64,000 bases of DNA, taken from NCBI GenBank assembly GCA_963705255.1, contig OY970061.1, positions 352,001 through 416,000 of the forward strand, written 5' to 3'. Made by a program: the position numbers and the translations under genes. Every line of letters begins with the position of its first letter. Position 1 is the stretch's first letter. Below, piece by piece: positions 31,767 to 42,340 of the stretch. The DNA is from an uncultured Methanoregulaceae archaeon. GTDB taxonomy: Archaea > Halobacteriota > Methanomicrobia > Methanomicrobiales > Methanospirillaceae. The notes under the pieces were generated by a model. It did not search any database and was not told the DNA's origin. It saw nothing but the letters and a program-made list of their open reading frames with translations.

Positions 31767-34691
31767 ATGCCCCCCATGTATCGCGTTCTCTATGTCGATG
31801 ACGAGCCCGCCCTGCTCGATATTACCAAACGGTTCCTGGAGAAGACCGGGCTTTTTTCTGTCGACTGCGTACTCTCGGGGAGCGAAGCCCTCGGCCGGAT
31901 CGCTGCCGGGCACTATGACGCAGTAGTCGCGGATTACCAGATGCCGGGGATGAACGGGATCACCCTGTTAAAGAAGGTGCGTGAAACCGATACGTCGCTC
32001 CCCTTTATCCTGTTTACCGGAAAGGGCAGGGAGGAGATAGTCATCGAAGCGATCAACAGCGGCGTGGATTTCTATGTCCAGAAAGGCGGCGGAGCCGAAG
32101 CACAGTACGCTGACCTCTCGAATAAAATAAAAATTGCAATCGATCGCCAGAACGCCGTCAATGTGCTGAGGGACTCCGAGCAACGCCTCTCGGATATCAT
32201 CAACTTTCTGCCGGACAGCACGTTTGTCATCAACCGGTCAGGACAGGTAATCGCCTGGAATCGTGCCATCGAAGAGATGACCGGCATCGCTGCAGGAGAG
32301 ATGCTGGGGAAGGGGGAGTACCAGTACGCGATCCCGTTCTATGGCATCCGGCGGAAGATCCTTATCGACCTGATCTTCGAACCTGATGAGATCATTGCGA
32401 AAGATTATGCGCATATCATCCACGAAAAGGATATGCTCATTGCCGATACCGTGCTTTCCCGCCCGAAAGGGCGGACGGTCACGCTCATGGGCAAGGCAGG
32501 TCCGCTGTACAACCGGCAGGGCGAAATTGTAGGGGCGATCGAGTCCATCCGCGATATATCGGAACTGAAGAATGCCGAAAAAGAAATTCGCGCGGCCAAC
32601 GAGCAGATCTCCGCGGCTGAGGAGGAACTGCGGGGCCAATATGAAGAACTGGCAGTGAGCGAACGGCGGATCCGCGAAAGTGAGTCGCGGCTCAAGTATA
32701 TGCTCGGTTTCTACGAGATGGCCCGGCAGCCGGAGAAAGAACTCCTCGATTACGCAGTCGAGGGAGCGGGTTCGATTACCGGAAGCCCGCTGGGATATCT
32801 TGCATTTCTCAATGACGAAGAGAGCGAGCTTACGATGTACGCATGGTCACAGACTTCCATGCGGGAATGCTCCATGCGGGAGAAGCCGATCATCTACCCG
32901 GTAGAGAAGACGGGCCTCTGGGGGGAGGCGGTCCGGCAGCGCCGTCCCGTGATCACGAACGATTACCAGTCCCCCAATCCCCTGAAAAAAGGTTACCCTG
33001 AAGGGCACCCGCACATCATCCGGCACATGAACGTTCCGGTTATGGATCGTGATCGTATCGTGATCGTTGCCGGGGTGGCGAACAAACCATCCGATTATGA
33101 GGAGACTGATGTCAGGGAACTCACCATCCTGATGCAGGGTCTCTGGCAGGTCCTGAAGAGAAGGAGGGCAGAAGAAGAACTCCGCGCAGCCAATGAGCAG
33201 ATCTCCGCATCCGATGAAGAGCTCCGGGGACAGTACCGGGAACTGACCACCGCCCAGGCAGAACTGCAGAAACGTCAGCAGCAGCTGGAAGAAATTACCG
33301 GTACCTTTCCCGGGGTAGTCTTCCAGTTCTATGCACGGCCGGACGGGACGATGGGAATGTATTATGTCAGCGATCGTTCGCAGGAAGTACTGGGTATCAG
33401 CAGCAATGCCGCTGAATTTTTCGGGAGGTTTACCGGGCAGGTCGATCCCCGTGATCGTGAAGCGTTCCTCAACTCTGTTAACGAGGCAGTCAGGCTGCAA
33501 TCCCCGTGGAATTTTGAAGGCCGGTTTGCCAAACCTTCCGGCGGGAATATCTGGTTCCACGGAATATCCCGGCCGTTCGTCCGGGGGACGGAGATCGTAT
33601 TCAGCGGGGTCCTGCTGGACATCACCGAACGCAGGCGGGACGAGGAACAGAGCCGGGAGAGCAGGGAACGCTTCCGGAGAATTTTTGAGGATAGCCCCCT
33701 TGGCATAGCGATCGTTTCAGCCGATTTCAGGTTCAGGATGGTAAACCGGCAGTTCTGCGAGATGCTGATGTACAGTGAGGCTGAACTGCTGGACAAATCC
33801 TTTCCTGAGATTACGCACCCTGACTATATCGTGCCCGATATTGCGGAAGTCAGAAAGATCTATTCGGGAGAGAGGGAGATGTACAGGACAGAAAAGAGGT
33901 ACGTGAAAAAAGACGGCTCCTTCCTCTGGGCTTCCCTGACGGCCTCGGCGGTGAAGGATGATGCCGGCACGGTCCTGTACACGATCGCCCTGATCGAAGA
34001 CATCACCGAGCGCAAGCAGGCGGAAGAGACCATCGTGCGTGTGAACAAAAAACTCAATATCCTCAACGATCTTACAAGGAGGGACCTGACCAGCCAGATC
34101 TTTATCCTGAAAAGTTACCTTGAACTTGTGATCGAATCGGCAGCCGGGCAGGATCAGATTCTCAGGCAGCTGCAAAAAATTGAACAGATCATCCGGTCGA
34201 TCAACGATATTACGGAATTTACCCGGGATTACCAGAATATGGGGGAAAGTCCCCCGAAATGGCAGAATGTCAAGCTGGCGTTGTTGTTCGGGATCTCCCA
34301 TGTATCTCTTGCCGGAATCCGCCACAGCATTGAGACGGAAAACCTCGAAGTTTTTGCCGATCCGCTGCTCGAAAAGGCGTTCCAGGGCATCTTTGAGAAC
34401 ACCATCGCGCACGGGGGCCTTGTCAGCATTATTCAGGTCAGGTACAGGGAGACACCGGACGGGGTTGCCATCATCTATGAAGACGATGGGGCCGGCATCC
34501 CGCAGGAGATGAAAGAGCGGATCTTTTCACGCGATGAGAGTATCCATGCTTCCATAAGGGGACTCTTCTTTGTGCGGGAGATCCTCGACCTCACCGGCAT
34601 CACCATCAGGGAGACGGGAGAGCCGGGCAAGGGTGCCCGGTTCGAGATCACCGTGCCGAAGGGGATGTACCGGTTTACCGGCACCCGATAA
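31767..34691 (+). CDS. Hybrid REC-PAS-GAF-PAS-PAS kinase-like protein with degenerate H-box and G2
   Basis: REC intact; GAF segment GLWGEAVRQRRPVITNDY; H-box reads LTRRDLTS; G2 region reads SRDESIHASIRGL. Confidence 0.9.
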   Translation: MPPMYRVLYVDDEPALLDITKRFLEKTGLFSVDCVLSGSEALGRIAAGHYDAVVADYQMPGMNGITLLKKVRETDTSLPFILFTGKGREEIVIEAINSGVDFYVQKGGGAEAQYADLSNKIKIAIDRQNAVNVLRDSEQRLSDIINFLPDSTFVINRSGQVIAWNRAIEEMTGIAAGEMLGKGEYQYAIPFYGIRRKILIDLIFEPDEIIAKDYAHIIHEKDMLIADTVLSRPKGRTVTLMGKAGPLYNRQGEIVGAIESIRDISELKNAEKEIRAANEQISAAEEELRGQYEELAVSERRIRESESRLKYMLGFYEMARQPEKELLDYAVEGAGSITGSPLGYLAFLNDEESELTMYAWSQTSMRECSMREKPIIYPVEKTGLWGEAVRQRRPVITNDYQSPNPLKKGYPEGHPHIIRHMNVPVMDRDRIVIVAGVANKPSDYEETDVRELTILMQGLWQVLKRRRAEEELRAANEQISASDEELRGQYRELTTAQAELQKRQQQLEEITGTFPGVVFQFYARPDGTMGMYYVSDRSQEVLGISSNAAEFFGRFTGQVDPRDREAFLNSVNEAVRLQSPWNFEGRFAKPSGGNIWFHGISRPFVRGTEIVFSGVLLDITERRRDEEQSRESRERFRRIFEDSPLGIAIVSADFRFRMVNRQFCEMLMYSEAELLDKSFPEITHPDYIVPDIAEVRKIYSGEREMYRTEKRYVKKDGSFLWASLTASAVKDDAGTVLYTIALIEDITERKQAEETIVRVNKKLNILNDLTRRDLTSQIFILKSYLELVIESAAGQDQILRQLQKIEQIIRSINDITEFTRDYQNMGESPPKWQNVKLALLFGISHVSLAGIRHSIETENLEVFADPLLEKAFQGIFENTIAHGGLVSIIQVRYRETPDGVAIIYEDDGAGIPQEMKERIFSRDESIHASIRGLFFVREILDLTGITIRETGEPGKGARFEITVPKGMYRFTGTR

Positions 34692-34923
34692 TTTTTTTTA
34701 TCGAAATACCCTTGTGATCATCCCGATCCCTGAAGGTATCCGGGCAGCGATCATGATGCTCCTCAGATCCAGAACCACTTAAGGCTGAGTGGTGCCGGGT
34801 GCACACAGGAACAGCGGGGAGGGACGAACGGGGCTCCGGCTTTTCGTCCGGCGTGCCTGGACCCCGATCAATAACCTTATTATTGTTCTTCTCCGATTCC
34901 CATCCAACAGGAGAATGAAATAC

Positions 34924-35592
34924 ATGAAAGTAATCGGATTGAATGCAAGCCCCAAGGGAAAAGAGAGCAATACCCTCAGGCTCGTGAATGCCGTACTGGC
35001 AGGAGCGAAGGCTGAGGGAGCAGAAACCGAACTCGTGGATCTCTATTCATTACGCATTGAGTACTGCACTGCCTGCGGCACCTGCTATGCAACCGGGGAG
35101 TGCACCCTCCTCGACGATTTCACGGATCTCTTTGACCGGATGATGAATGCCGAAGGGATTGTACTGGGTGCTCCCAACTATATCGATTCCGTGCCTGCCC
35201 CGATGAAAGCGCTCTTCGACCGTATGGCGGATGCGATCCACTGCCAGATGCTGACAGGAAAGTTCGGGTGTTCGGTCTGCACGGCCGGGGGAAGCGGCGA
35301 GACCGAAGTTGTCGGGTACATGAACAAGGTGCTCACTACGCTCGGCGCAAACGTCGTTGGAGGCATTGGAGTAGCGATCGGCAGGGATCCTGCAGCACTT
35401 GGAAAGGCTGAAAAGGAAGCCCGCGAGATGGGGAAGAACCTGGCCCGCTCAATCAGGGGTGAACTTTCCTATCCCGAACAGGACGAGGTCCACCGGCAGA
35501 AGAGGGAGTACTTCTGCCAGCTCGTGAAGTACAACAAGGAACGGTTCGCCCACGAATACGACTGGTATGTCGAGATGGGCTGGATGAAATGA
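34924..35592 (+). CDS. Flavodoxin-family / iron-sulfur flavoprotein (Isf-like)
   Basis: NASPKG..SNT, CxxCxxC-x5-C-xxxDD and GAPNY motifs. Confidence 0.9.
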   Translation: MKVIGLNASPKGKESNTLRLVNAVLAGAKAEGAETELVDLYSLRIEYCTACGTCYATGECTLLDDFTDLFDRMMNAEGIVLGAPNYIDSVPAPMKALFDRMADAIHCQMLTGKFGCSVCTAGGSGETEVVGYMNKVLTTLGANVVGGIGVAIGRDPAALGKAEKEAREMGKNLARSIRGELSYPEQDEVHRQKREYFCQLVKYNKERFAHEYDWYVEMGWMK

Positions 35593-35607
35593 TCCGGGTG
35601 ACGGGAT

Positions 35608-36432
35608 ATGAAGAGCATAACCGCAGAAAAACTCCGGCTTGACTACGAACCCGTGGCAATTCTCTGGAGCAATACAAAACCCGAAGGAGCGTTGCAGATA
35701 AAACCGCACGGGCAGACCTGCATCATGCCGTTCTTCGCGCAGGTCGCAACGAAGGGAAAGACTGCCGTGTTCGACCGGGAGACCTACGGCTGCCCCGGTG
35801 CCCGTGCAGGACTTGGTTTTGGCAACGGCTACTACGATGCCTTCGGCGGCGCTGGTCTTGAATTCATGTCTGCATTCTTTGTGAAAGGTGCAGAGAGCAG
35901 CAGGAACCCGGAGGCCTACTGCGCGACCGTGCAGCACATTCCCGAGCGGGAGCGGGCGAAGTTCCTGCACGGAGAGCGCCTCCACCGGAATACGGAGAAG
36001 GCGAAGCGGTTCATGACCGCCGACCTGCCGATCACGGATATTGCCGAGAAGTACGTGATCTTCACCCCCCTGAGCAGGGTGAAACCCGGCGAGCGCCCGG
36101 TCGTCGTGGTGTTTGTTGCCGACCCGCTGCAGATCACCGGGCTCGTCACGCTGGTCGGGGCGGTCCGCGAGGGCACCGATCCCGTGCGGGTCCCGCCCAT
36201 GGCGGCCTGCCAGCAGATCGGGGCATTCGTGTACGACGAAGCAACGAAGGAGCACCCCCGGGCAGTGCTCGGGTACACGGACCTTGCAGCACGGGCAAAT
36301 GTGGGCAAGACCATCCCGGGGAAGATGTTCACGTTTGCCGTGCCGTTCCCGCTCTTCGAGGAGATGGAAGAGGAGGCAAAAGACGGTGTGTTCGACGGCC
36401 CGATCTGGAAAGGGCTTGCGGCGGAGCAGTGA
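35608..36432 (+). CDS. DUF169-like protein
   Basis: L.L...PVAI, GCPGA..GLG, P+VVV.VA.P.Q and ACQQ motifs. Confidence 0.8.
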   Translation: MKSITAEKLRLDYEPVAILWSNTKPEGALQIKPHGQTCIMPFFAQVATKGKTAVFDRETYGCPGARAGLGFGNGYYDAFGGAGLEFMSAFFVKGAESSRNPEAYCATVQHIPERERAKFLHGERLHRNTEKAKRFMTADLPITDIAEKYVIFTPLSRVKPGERPVVVVFVADPLQITGLVTLVGAVREGTDPVRVPPMAACQQIGAFVYDEATKEHPRAVLGYTDLAARANVGKTIPGKMFTFAVPFPLFEEMEEEAKDGVFDGPIWKGLAAEQ

Positions 36433-36444
36433 GGTGTGGTGATC

Positions 36445-37227
36445 ATGACAAAAACAGATTTCAGGGTGATCGGGGCACGGCTGAAGGCAGCGTTCAGGCT
36501 TTCGACACGCCCTCTCGCAGTGTACGGATCGGAGGTCCTGCCGGCGGGTATCCCCCCGATGGCCGGGGTGAACCGGTGTTTTGCTGTCGCCCTGTACCGG
36601 ATGGCAACAGGGAACGAAGTATCAGCGATCTATGTAAGTGCCGACACCAGCGAGGGCTGCTGCCTTGGCGGGCTCTATCACGTGGGGTATATTCCGGTGC
36701 CCGATGATATCAAATATTTTGTATCGACCGGCAGGAACGATGTCCGCGGCGGGGCGGCGGAATACCTGAAGGCAGGTCCGGAACTGGTCGAACGCTGCAC
36801 GGTGGCGGCGGGACCGATCCGTCCCCCGGGAAAATACCTTGTCGTGCAGGCCTGCGAGGCCCTGCCGGATGCCGGGCCTGCCGTCAGGTCCCTCTGCTGC
36901 TTCGGCACAGGCGAGCAGATCCGGAACATGGCGGCACTCATCCACTTTGACCGGGACGACCCGTTCTCACCTGTCATCGTCCCCTGGGGATCTTCCTGTT
37001 CGACCTATATCACGTTCCCGGCAGGCCTTGCTGACAACACGCCGCGGGACACCGCATTCATGGGCCCGCAGGACCCGACGCAGAATCATTCCCTTCCCCC
37101 GGAGATGATGGCGCTGGGTATTCCCGCAGAGATGGCCGCCCGGATGGTAAACAACCTGGACGCCTCATTTATTGTCCGGAGACCCCAGGTAGCATTTCCC
37201 AATCACGAGAGGTTGTTGAACCGGTAG
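36445..37227 (+). CDS. DUF169-like protein (tandem paralogue)
   Basis: L...PLAV, CCLGG...VG, E.LK..PE and PWGSSC motifs. Confidence 0.75.
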   Translation: MTKTDFRVIGARLKAAFRLSTRPLAVYGSEVLPAGIPPMAGVNRCFAVALYRMATGNEVSAIYVSADTSEGCCLGGLYHVGYIPVPDDIKYFVSTGRNDVRGGAAEYLKAGPELVERCTVAAGPIRPPGKYLVVQACEALPDAGPAVRSLCCFGTGEQIRNMAALIHFDRDDPFSPVIVPWGSSCSTYITFPAGLADNTPRDTAFMGPQDPTQNHSLPPEMMALGIPAEMAARMVNNLDASFIVRRPQVAFPNHERLLNR

Positions 37228-37321
37228 GTAACCGGGTACGGTAACGTAGAAAATACCACTTACAAAACGATATTCCTGAAAATCGATGGGGATGAGGGGT
37301 GGTTCCTGCCCTCACCCGTGC

Positions 37322-39163
37322 TTATCGCCCGTGGGCACCGCCACCCCCGAAGCCTCCGCCCCCACCAAAGCCGCCTCCGCCTCCGAACCCCCCGCCACGA
37401 TAGCCACCGGAACCGCCGCGGACCGGCGGGGTGAAGAAGAGGAGGGGAGTAAATGCATACCCTATTCCCAGTGCACCTGCAGGGACTCCGGTCTCGGCGA
37501 TATTGATGTTGAGCGATGCCATGGCACTCTCAACCTTGTCACCAACCCCCAAGGCGGTCCCGTATACCAGCCATTCTCCCCACATGGAGAGATCCTCCGG
37601 GGCATATTTCCGCATGTGCGCGAGGTCCGAGAGGAAGTGGGCGAATGCGTCCCATTCGAGCTTCTCCTTGTGTTTGTCACCTTTCCAGTTGCCGAACAGG
37701 GTCGACGGCATCGCGATCGCGATCACTTCCTGGACGATGACGATTCCCCATAATACCGTGGCCGGGATGAGGATGTAGGACTGCATGGGTTCCAGGAATG
37801 CAAATATCAGTGTGACAGCAAGCACGGTGATGCTGGCGAGCAGGAGCGGAACGATATGATCCCGTCCATCTACGATATACTGGAGGGCAAGGGAGGGATC
37901 TGCCCTCCTGGTCACATCGGTCAGCATCCTCTGGTAGCGGAGTGCTTTCTCTTCGGATGCGATGTTGGTCGTCGCTTCGTTTGCAAGCTTCTCAATGTGG
38001 CCTGAATCGAGGATGCCGTTCTCCGCTATCTGTCCAAGTACGTTGAGCACTCTTTGCTCGTACGGGTCATCCGAGGCTGTTTTGAGGATGCGGATCTCGA
38101 AATCCTTGGCTGCTCCTTCCTGCTTCGTGGTTATCGTGATGAACTTTCGCCGGTGGAGATCGAGAAGGGTAGCATAATACCCGGTCTCATCGAAATCCAG
38201 TGCATCGTCCTTGAACAGCAGGTTGACCTGCCAGGGTTTGAGCGCCGGGTTCGGGTTGGTGCTCAGGTAGGCGGGTACGGTAAACTTCTTTTCCACGCCG
38301 TACCAGCGGTAGATCACGAGGAACAGGAGGGGGACGAGGATGACGGCTGCCTTTGCCAGGTAATTCAGCAGGTACGAGAGCGTGTAGACTGCATCATACC
38401 AGAAACTTCCTGAGGTGGTGCTTCCTGCGAGACCGGTAACCTGAGTCCTGAAGCCCGGGATCTGGCTGAATGCCGTTGATCCGCCCAGCATCTCGACGGC
38501 AATATTCTCATCTGCCGCTGCGTCACCGCTGAAGGTATACGTGTTCCCTGACAGGACCGTGCCCAGCGTCGGCGGATAGGAAAATACCTGCTGGATGCCG
38601 TCTGCAGGGACCGTGATCGTAATGTCGTGGTACGGGATGTGGGACTGCCCGGCGAACTTCAGGTTGAGATGGGTCGTGCTCCCGTCGTACTCGATCGGAG
38701 GGTACAGGACGTAGGTATATGCCACCGTGTATTGCCCTGCAGCGAAGGAGCCGGGACTGAAGATCCCCGCTTCGTCGTCCTGGGCAGACCGGCCAATAGT
38801 TGATGTGTAAGCGCCAGCTGAGGAGTCTCCATACACCCTCACATTGCCTGAATCGTCTTTGGCATACGCAATCGTTCCTTGCGGGGGTGTTGCATTAACG
38901 ATCTCGACCGATGGCTGGGCCGGTGTGGTAAAAAGGAGCGGCTCCTCCCACGAACGGTACAGCATGTGATATTCACCGGAGGTTTTCACGTCATAGGTAT
39001 AGTGCTCGGTGAGCGTCCCGTTGTCGTACAGGGTCGCCGCATACGAACTGACGGTGAGATCGCCTTCAAAAAGCGGGGGAAGTACGATACTGAGCACGAT
39101 GCCGATGACACCGATGATCAGACATACGCTGACAAGTACCGACAGTTGTTTTATTTCGCCCAT
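37322..39163 (-). CDS. DUF2207 family membrane protein
   Basis: Extracellular domain, WDAF..FL.D, WGEWLVY.TALG and Gly-rich tail; lies downstream of lemA. Confidence 0.88.
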   Translation of the reverse strand: MGEIKQLSVLVSVCLIIGVIGIVLSIVLPPLFEGDLTVSSYAATLYDNGTLTEHYTYDVKTSGEYHMLYRSWEEPLLFTTPAQPSVEIVNATPPQGTIAYAKDDSGNVRVYGDSSAGAYTSTIGRSAQDDEAGIFSPGSFAAGQYTVAYTYVLYPPIEYDGSTTHLNLKFAGQSHIPYHDITITVPADGIQQVFSYPPTLGTVLSGNTYTFSGDAAADENIAVEMLGGSTAFSQIPGFRTQVTGLAGSTTSGSFWYDAVYTLSYLLNYLAKAAVILVPLLFLVIYRWYGVEKKFTVPAYLSTNPNPALKPWQVNLLFKDDALDFDETGYYATLLDLHRRKFITITTKQEGAAKDFEIRILKTASDDPYEQRVLNVLGQIAENGILDSGHIEKLANEATTNIASEEKALRYQRMLTDVTRRADPSLALQYIVDGRDHIVPLLLASITVLAVTLIFAFLEPMQSYILIPATVLWGIVIVQEVIAIAMPSTLFGNWKGDKHKEKLEWDAFAHFLSDLAHMRKYAPEDLSMWGEWLVYGTALGVGDKVESAMASLNINIAETGVPAGALGIGYAFTPLLFFTPPVRGGSGGYRGGGFGGGGGFGGGGGFGGGGAHGR

Positions 39164-39175
39164 GCCAATTACCCT

Positions 39176-39746
39176 TCAGAACTCAATTTTCGGGGGGGTT
39201 GCAACCGCTTCCTCAAATTGCAGGTACTCGAGTTTTCCAAGACCTGTCAGGTGCCCGATGAATTTTGACGGGATGGTATCCATCATCGTATTGAACTCCT
39301 GCGAGATGTTGTTGTAGGTGTACCGCTGACGGGCTATCTCCTCTTCAATACCCTTGACAGAGTCCATCAGACTGATGACGGTCGTGTTGGTCTTCAGGTC
39401 GGGATAATTCTCCGCAACTGCCAGAAGGCGCCCGAAGATCGACCGGGAATCAGACCTCCATCTTGTTCAGGTCGCCGGGGGAAGCGGTTGCCACGCTTGC
39501 CCGCATCGCGGTTACCTGTTCAAACGTCTCTTTTTCGAACTTCGCATAGCTCTTTACCGCCCCAAGCAGCTGGTCTATCATGTCCAGCCGTTTTTTCATG
39601 GCCACACGAATCTGGCCAAGGGTTGCTTCAGAGGAATTCTTCAGGCTGTAGAAACGGTTGTAGATTCCCACGGCCCAGAAGAACAATCCGATGATGACAA
39701 GGACGATGACGCCCAGTACAATCCAGCCAATGATATCTCCCAGCAT
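39176..39746 (-). CDS. lemA: LemA family protein (frameshift at 39454)
   Basis: N-terminal TM, YN...L, KKRLD.I..L, AVAENYPDLK and E.EIA..R..YN motifs. Confidence 0.9.
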
Positions 39747-39982
39747 TTTTCTCAGAGTAGTGATGATCGCGCCACTACATAAGACATAAGGCCTCTGAAA
39801 GTGTGAGGGAGGCGGGGAACAATGAAAAAGAAAAACCGTTCATAGAAACGCGGGGGGGGGGGTTTCGATGAACGTTGCCGGTAGCTCAACTGTTCACAAT
39901 ACCACGGCAGCCCGACAGGATCTCCCGCGTTCTTACCCGTACTCTCCCCGGCACTGACGGGAACAGCACACCATAAAAGAAC

Positions 39983-40214
39983 GGCTTTGGACAGATCATC
40001 GGAATTCGTCGTACACGCTCTTGGGGGCTACGGCATTGTGTGCCTCCGTCCCCAACGGGGCGCCCCAGCGGCGGATCAGTGACTGAAAAATCTCGCAGCA
40101 CCGGCGTGCCCCGGGGAGGCCCTGAGGCGGGGGAACCCTCGCAAATTTGACTATCTTGACGATTTTCATGGTTCCGGAGTGAACCTATCGGCTCATGTCC
40201 GGTTCTCCAGAGCC
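39983..40214. mobile_element. Complete MITE (A end + B end)
   Basis: TIRs ggctttggacaga / ggttctccagagcc; flanks aaaagaac / ggaagaac (6/8 target duplication). Confidence 0.85.
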
Positions 40215-40226
40215 GGAAGAACCGTC

Positions 40227-40856
40227 TTACTGGATCCTTTTCAGCCGGATGTAGTACAGCGGGGGGACGAAAATATACACCGCCAGCCCGTAGGGGAAGG
40301 AAAAAAATGCCAGGACAAGTCCGATGCAGGACAACACAGGGATGATGAGCGTTACTTCGCTTCCCCGTCTGATGATAAACGATGAAAGCGAAGGATCCAC
40401 GAGACGGTGGTTGTCAGTGGCATATCGCCACTGGAGATGAAAGAGCAGTCCGGTGAGAAGGAGGTGTGTTTCGAGTACTCCTGCCGCCAGGGGATTTGCG
40501 GGAAAGACACCAGCGATTGAGCTGCTGAACGGAATGAAGGCAATAAACATCAGGATGATAATATTGAGCCAGAGCAGGGTCCGGTCAATAGAGCGTATGT
40601 GGTGGAACTGTGTGTGATGTGAGACCCAGAATGTTGCGAGGATAAGAAAAGAAATGACGTACAGAATAATATCCGGAACCGACTGGACGAGAATTTGGGA
40701 GACGGGCCTGCCCGCCAGCGTTTCAACAGCAAAAGGATAGCCGGCCCCGAGAACGAGGAGCGTCATGCCGAACGCGAAGATCCCGTCCGTGAGGGACTCG
40801 ATCCTTCCCTTTCCAAAACCGATGTTCACTTCAGTTTTATTTTCCGCTCTCTCCAT
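40227..40856 (-). CDS. TMEM175-family (DUF1211) potassium channel
   Basis: RIESLTDGIFAFGMTLLVL, FW..HH and LWLN....FIPF motifs. Confidence 0.88.
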   Translation of the reverse strand: MERAENKTEVNIGFGKGRIESLTDGIFAFGMTLLVLGAGYPFAVETLAGRPVSQILVQSVPDIILYVISFLILATFWVSHHTQFHHIRSIDRTLLWLNIIILMFIAFIPFSSSIAGVFPANPLAAGVLETHLLLTGLLFHLQWRYATDNHRLVDPSLSSFIIRRGSEVTLIIPVLSCIGLVLAFFSFPYGLAVYIFVPPLYYIRLKRIQ

Positions 40857-41057
40857 CGAAGTCCCTCAGGTATTGACAAGCCGGTTCCTGCCTGCCGGCT
40901 CCGGATTTATCCGGTCGTGTCCATGTCTTCTTCTCATGGTACCTCGTCACGTTCCTCTATCTAGTTTTCGAAAGAGCCGGTCACCGGGTCCAGGAGATGT
41001 GGGAGAAGGACGGAAAACTTCGCTAAATTTACATGATTTCTCTCTCCAGTGATATTC

Positions 41058-41342
41058 GGTTCTGTATAAACCTCTTTACTCATTTCCTATGAAAAGAGAA
41101 TGCTTTCAGATATGATTGACGGGGGTTGAGATCCCCATACCCCCGGCTGCGATGGATGCCGCCGTCCCCGGCGGGGCGCCCCAGCGGCGGATCAGTTACC
41201 TCCCGCACATTTGTCAAATTATTACTGCCCCGCCGTGCCTCTGAGAGGCCCTGAGGCGGGGATCCTCATAAATTCAATTTATATTCAATTTTCATAGTTT
41301 CAGCGAGAATTTCATCAGTTCATATCTGTTTTCTGCAAAAGC
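41058..41342 (-). mobile_element. Degenerate MITE copy
   Basis: Ends ggttctgtataaacc / gttttctgcaaaagc; core ggggcgccccagcggcggatcag...gaggccctgaggcgggg shared with the 39983 copy. Confidence 0.7.
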
Positions 41343-41449
41343 TGGATTTTTCATCTTTTTCTCATCACGGATGCACGGAAAATAATTTCCTGTTTTTCCC
41401 TTCATAGGAGGTACATTCTTCCCCCCAGGAATCCGCCATCCCCAAAAAT

Positions 41450-42082
41450 TCACCGCCTCTCCGCCAGCAGGTATACTGCCCTGTGCGGGCCAGACTTACC
41501 GCTGACGTCAATGGTCTTGAGTTCCCGGATTGTGAAATACGGGGAGACAAGTTCCCATATCTCGGACTCTGAGGAGAAATAGAGCGTTGTCCCGATCCGG
41601 GTCGTCCGGTATTTCCCGGTGCCGCCGAACTGGGGGTCGTCCTCGCTGAAACAGACGGAAAAGTACGCTGCCCCCCGGTTCAGGATTTTCTGGACATTCT
41701 TGATATAGGTCTCCCGGTCTTCCGGGAAGATATGGTGCAGGAATTCCCAGTCATAGGCAAAGTCGAACGTGCCGCTCACTTCCTGCAGCCCGCCAAGGAG
41801 ATCAGCGACAATAAACCTGCACCGGACTCCCCGTTTTTCTGCATGTTCTCTGGCGATGGTTATCGCTGTCGGAGAACTGTCGACACCGGTCACCTCAAAC
41901 CCAAGGCCTGCCAGGTAGATCGCATAGTTGCCGGCACCGCACCCGAGATCGGCAGTCCTGCAGGGCCGGACTTTCCCTTCCTGCACAAGTCTGACAAGCG
42001 CATCCGGCGGGGTCTCATTATTCCACGGGAGATTATCCAGCGGGATCGTCCGGTAAATCCTGTCGATATCGGCATATTTCAT
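41450..42082 (-). CDS. Class I SAM-dependent methyltransferase (TPMT-like)
   Basis: LPW, DLGCGAG, VTGVD.S and FDFAYD...H motifs. Confidence 0.9.
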   Translation of the reverse strand: MKYADIDRIYRTIPLDNLPWNNETPPDALVRLVQEGKVRPCRTADLGCGAGNYAIYLAGLGFEVTGVDSSPTAITIAREHAEKRGVRCRFIVADLLGGLQEVSGTFDFAYDWEFLHHIFPEDRETYIKNVQKILNRGAAYFSVCFSEDDPQFGGTGKYRTTRIGTTLYFSSESEIWELVSPYFTIRELKTIDVSGKSGPHRAVYLLAERR

Positions 42083-42340
42083 GCATGCCACCCTGATGGA
42101 GTACTCAACCGGGGTGAGGGTTCAATCTTTCCCCGGTTCTCCAAGATAGGGAATCTTCATTTACACGGTTCATCTGGATTAAAGACTGACCTAGTTTTGG
42201 CAAAAGGATGGATACTCATCCGGAGGCACTCCTTCATGCAGGAGTCCTGAAACATTCTAGTACCAAAAGATCCAATTTGTAAACTACATTTTACCTGTTC
42301 AGGAAGATGCCCGGATGATCCCGGGGGACAGTCCGTTCTC

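Noticed and set aside
39838-39873. Hairpin with poly-G loop (gttcatagaaac...gtttcgatgaac) as a phase-variation tract
   Set aside because: Single intergenic occurrence, and homopolymer length is unreliable in this assembly.
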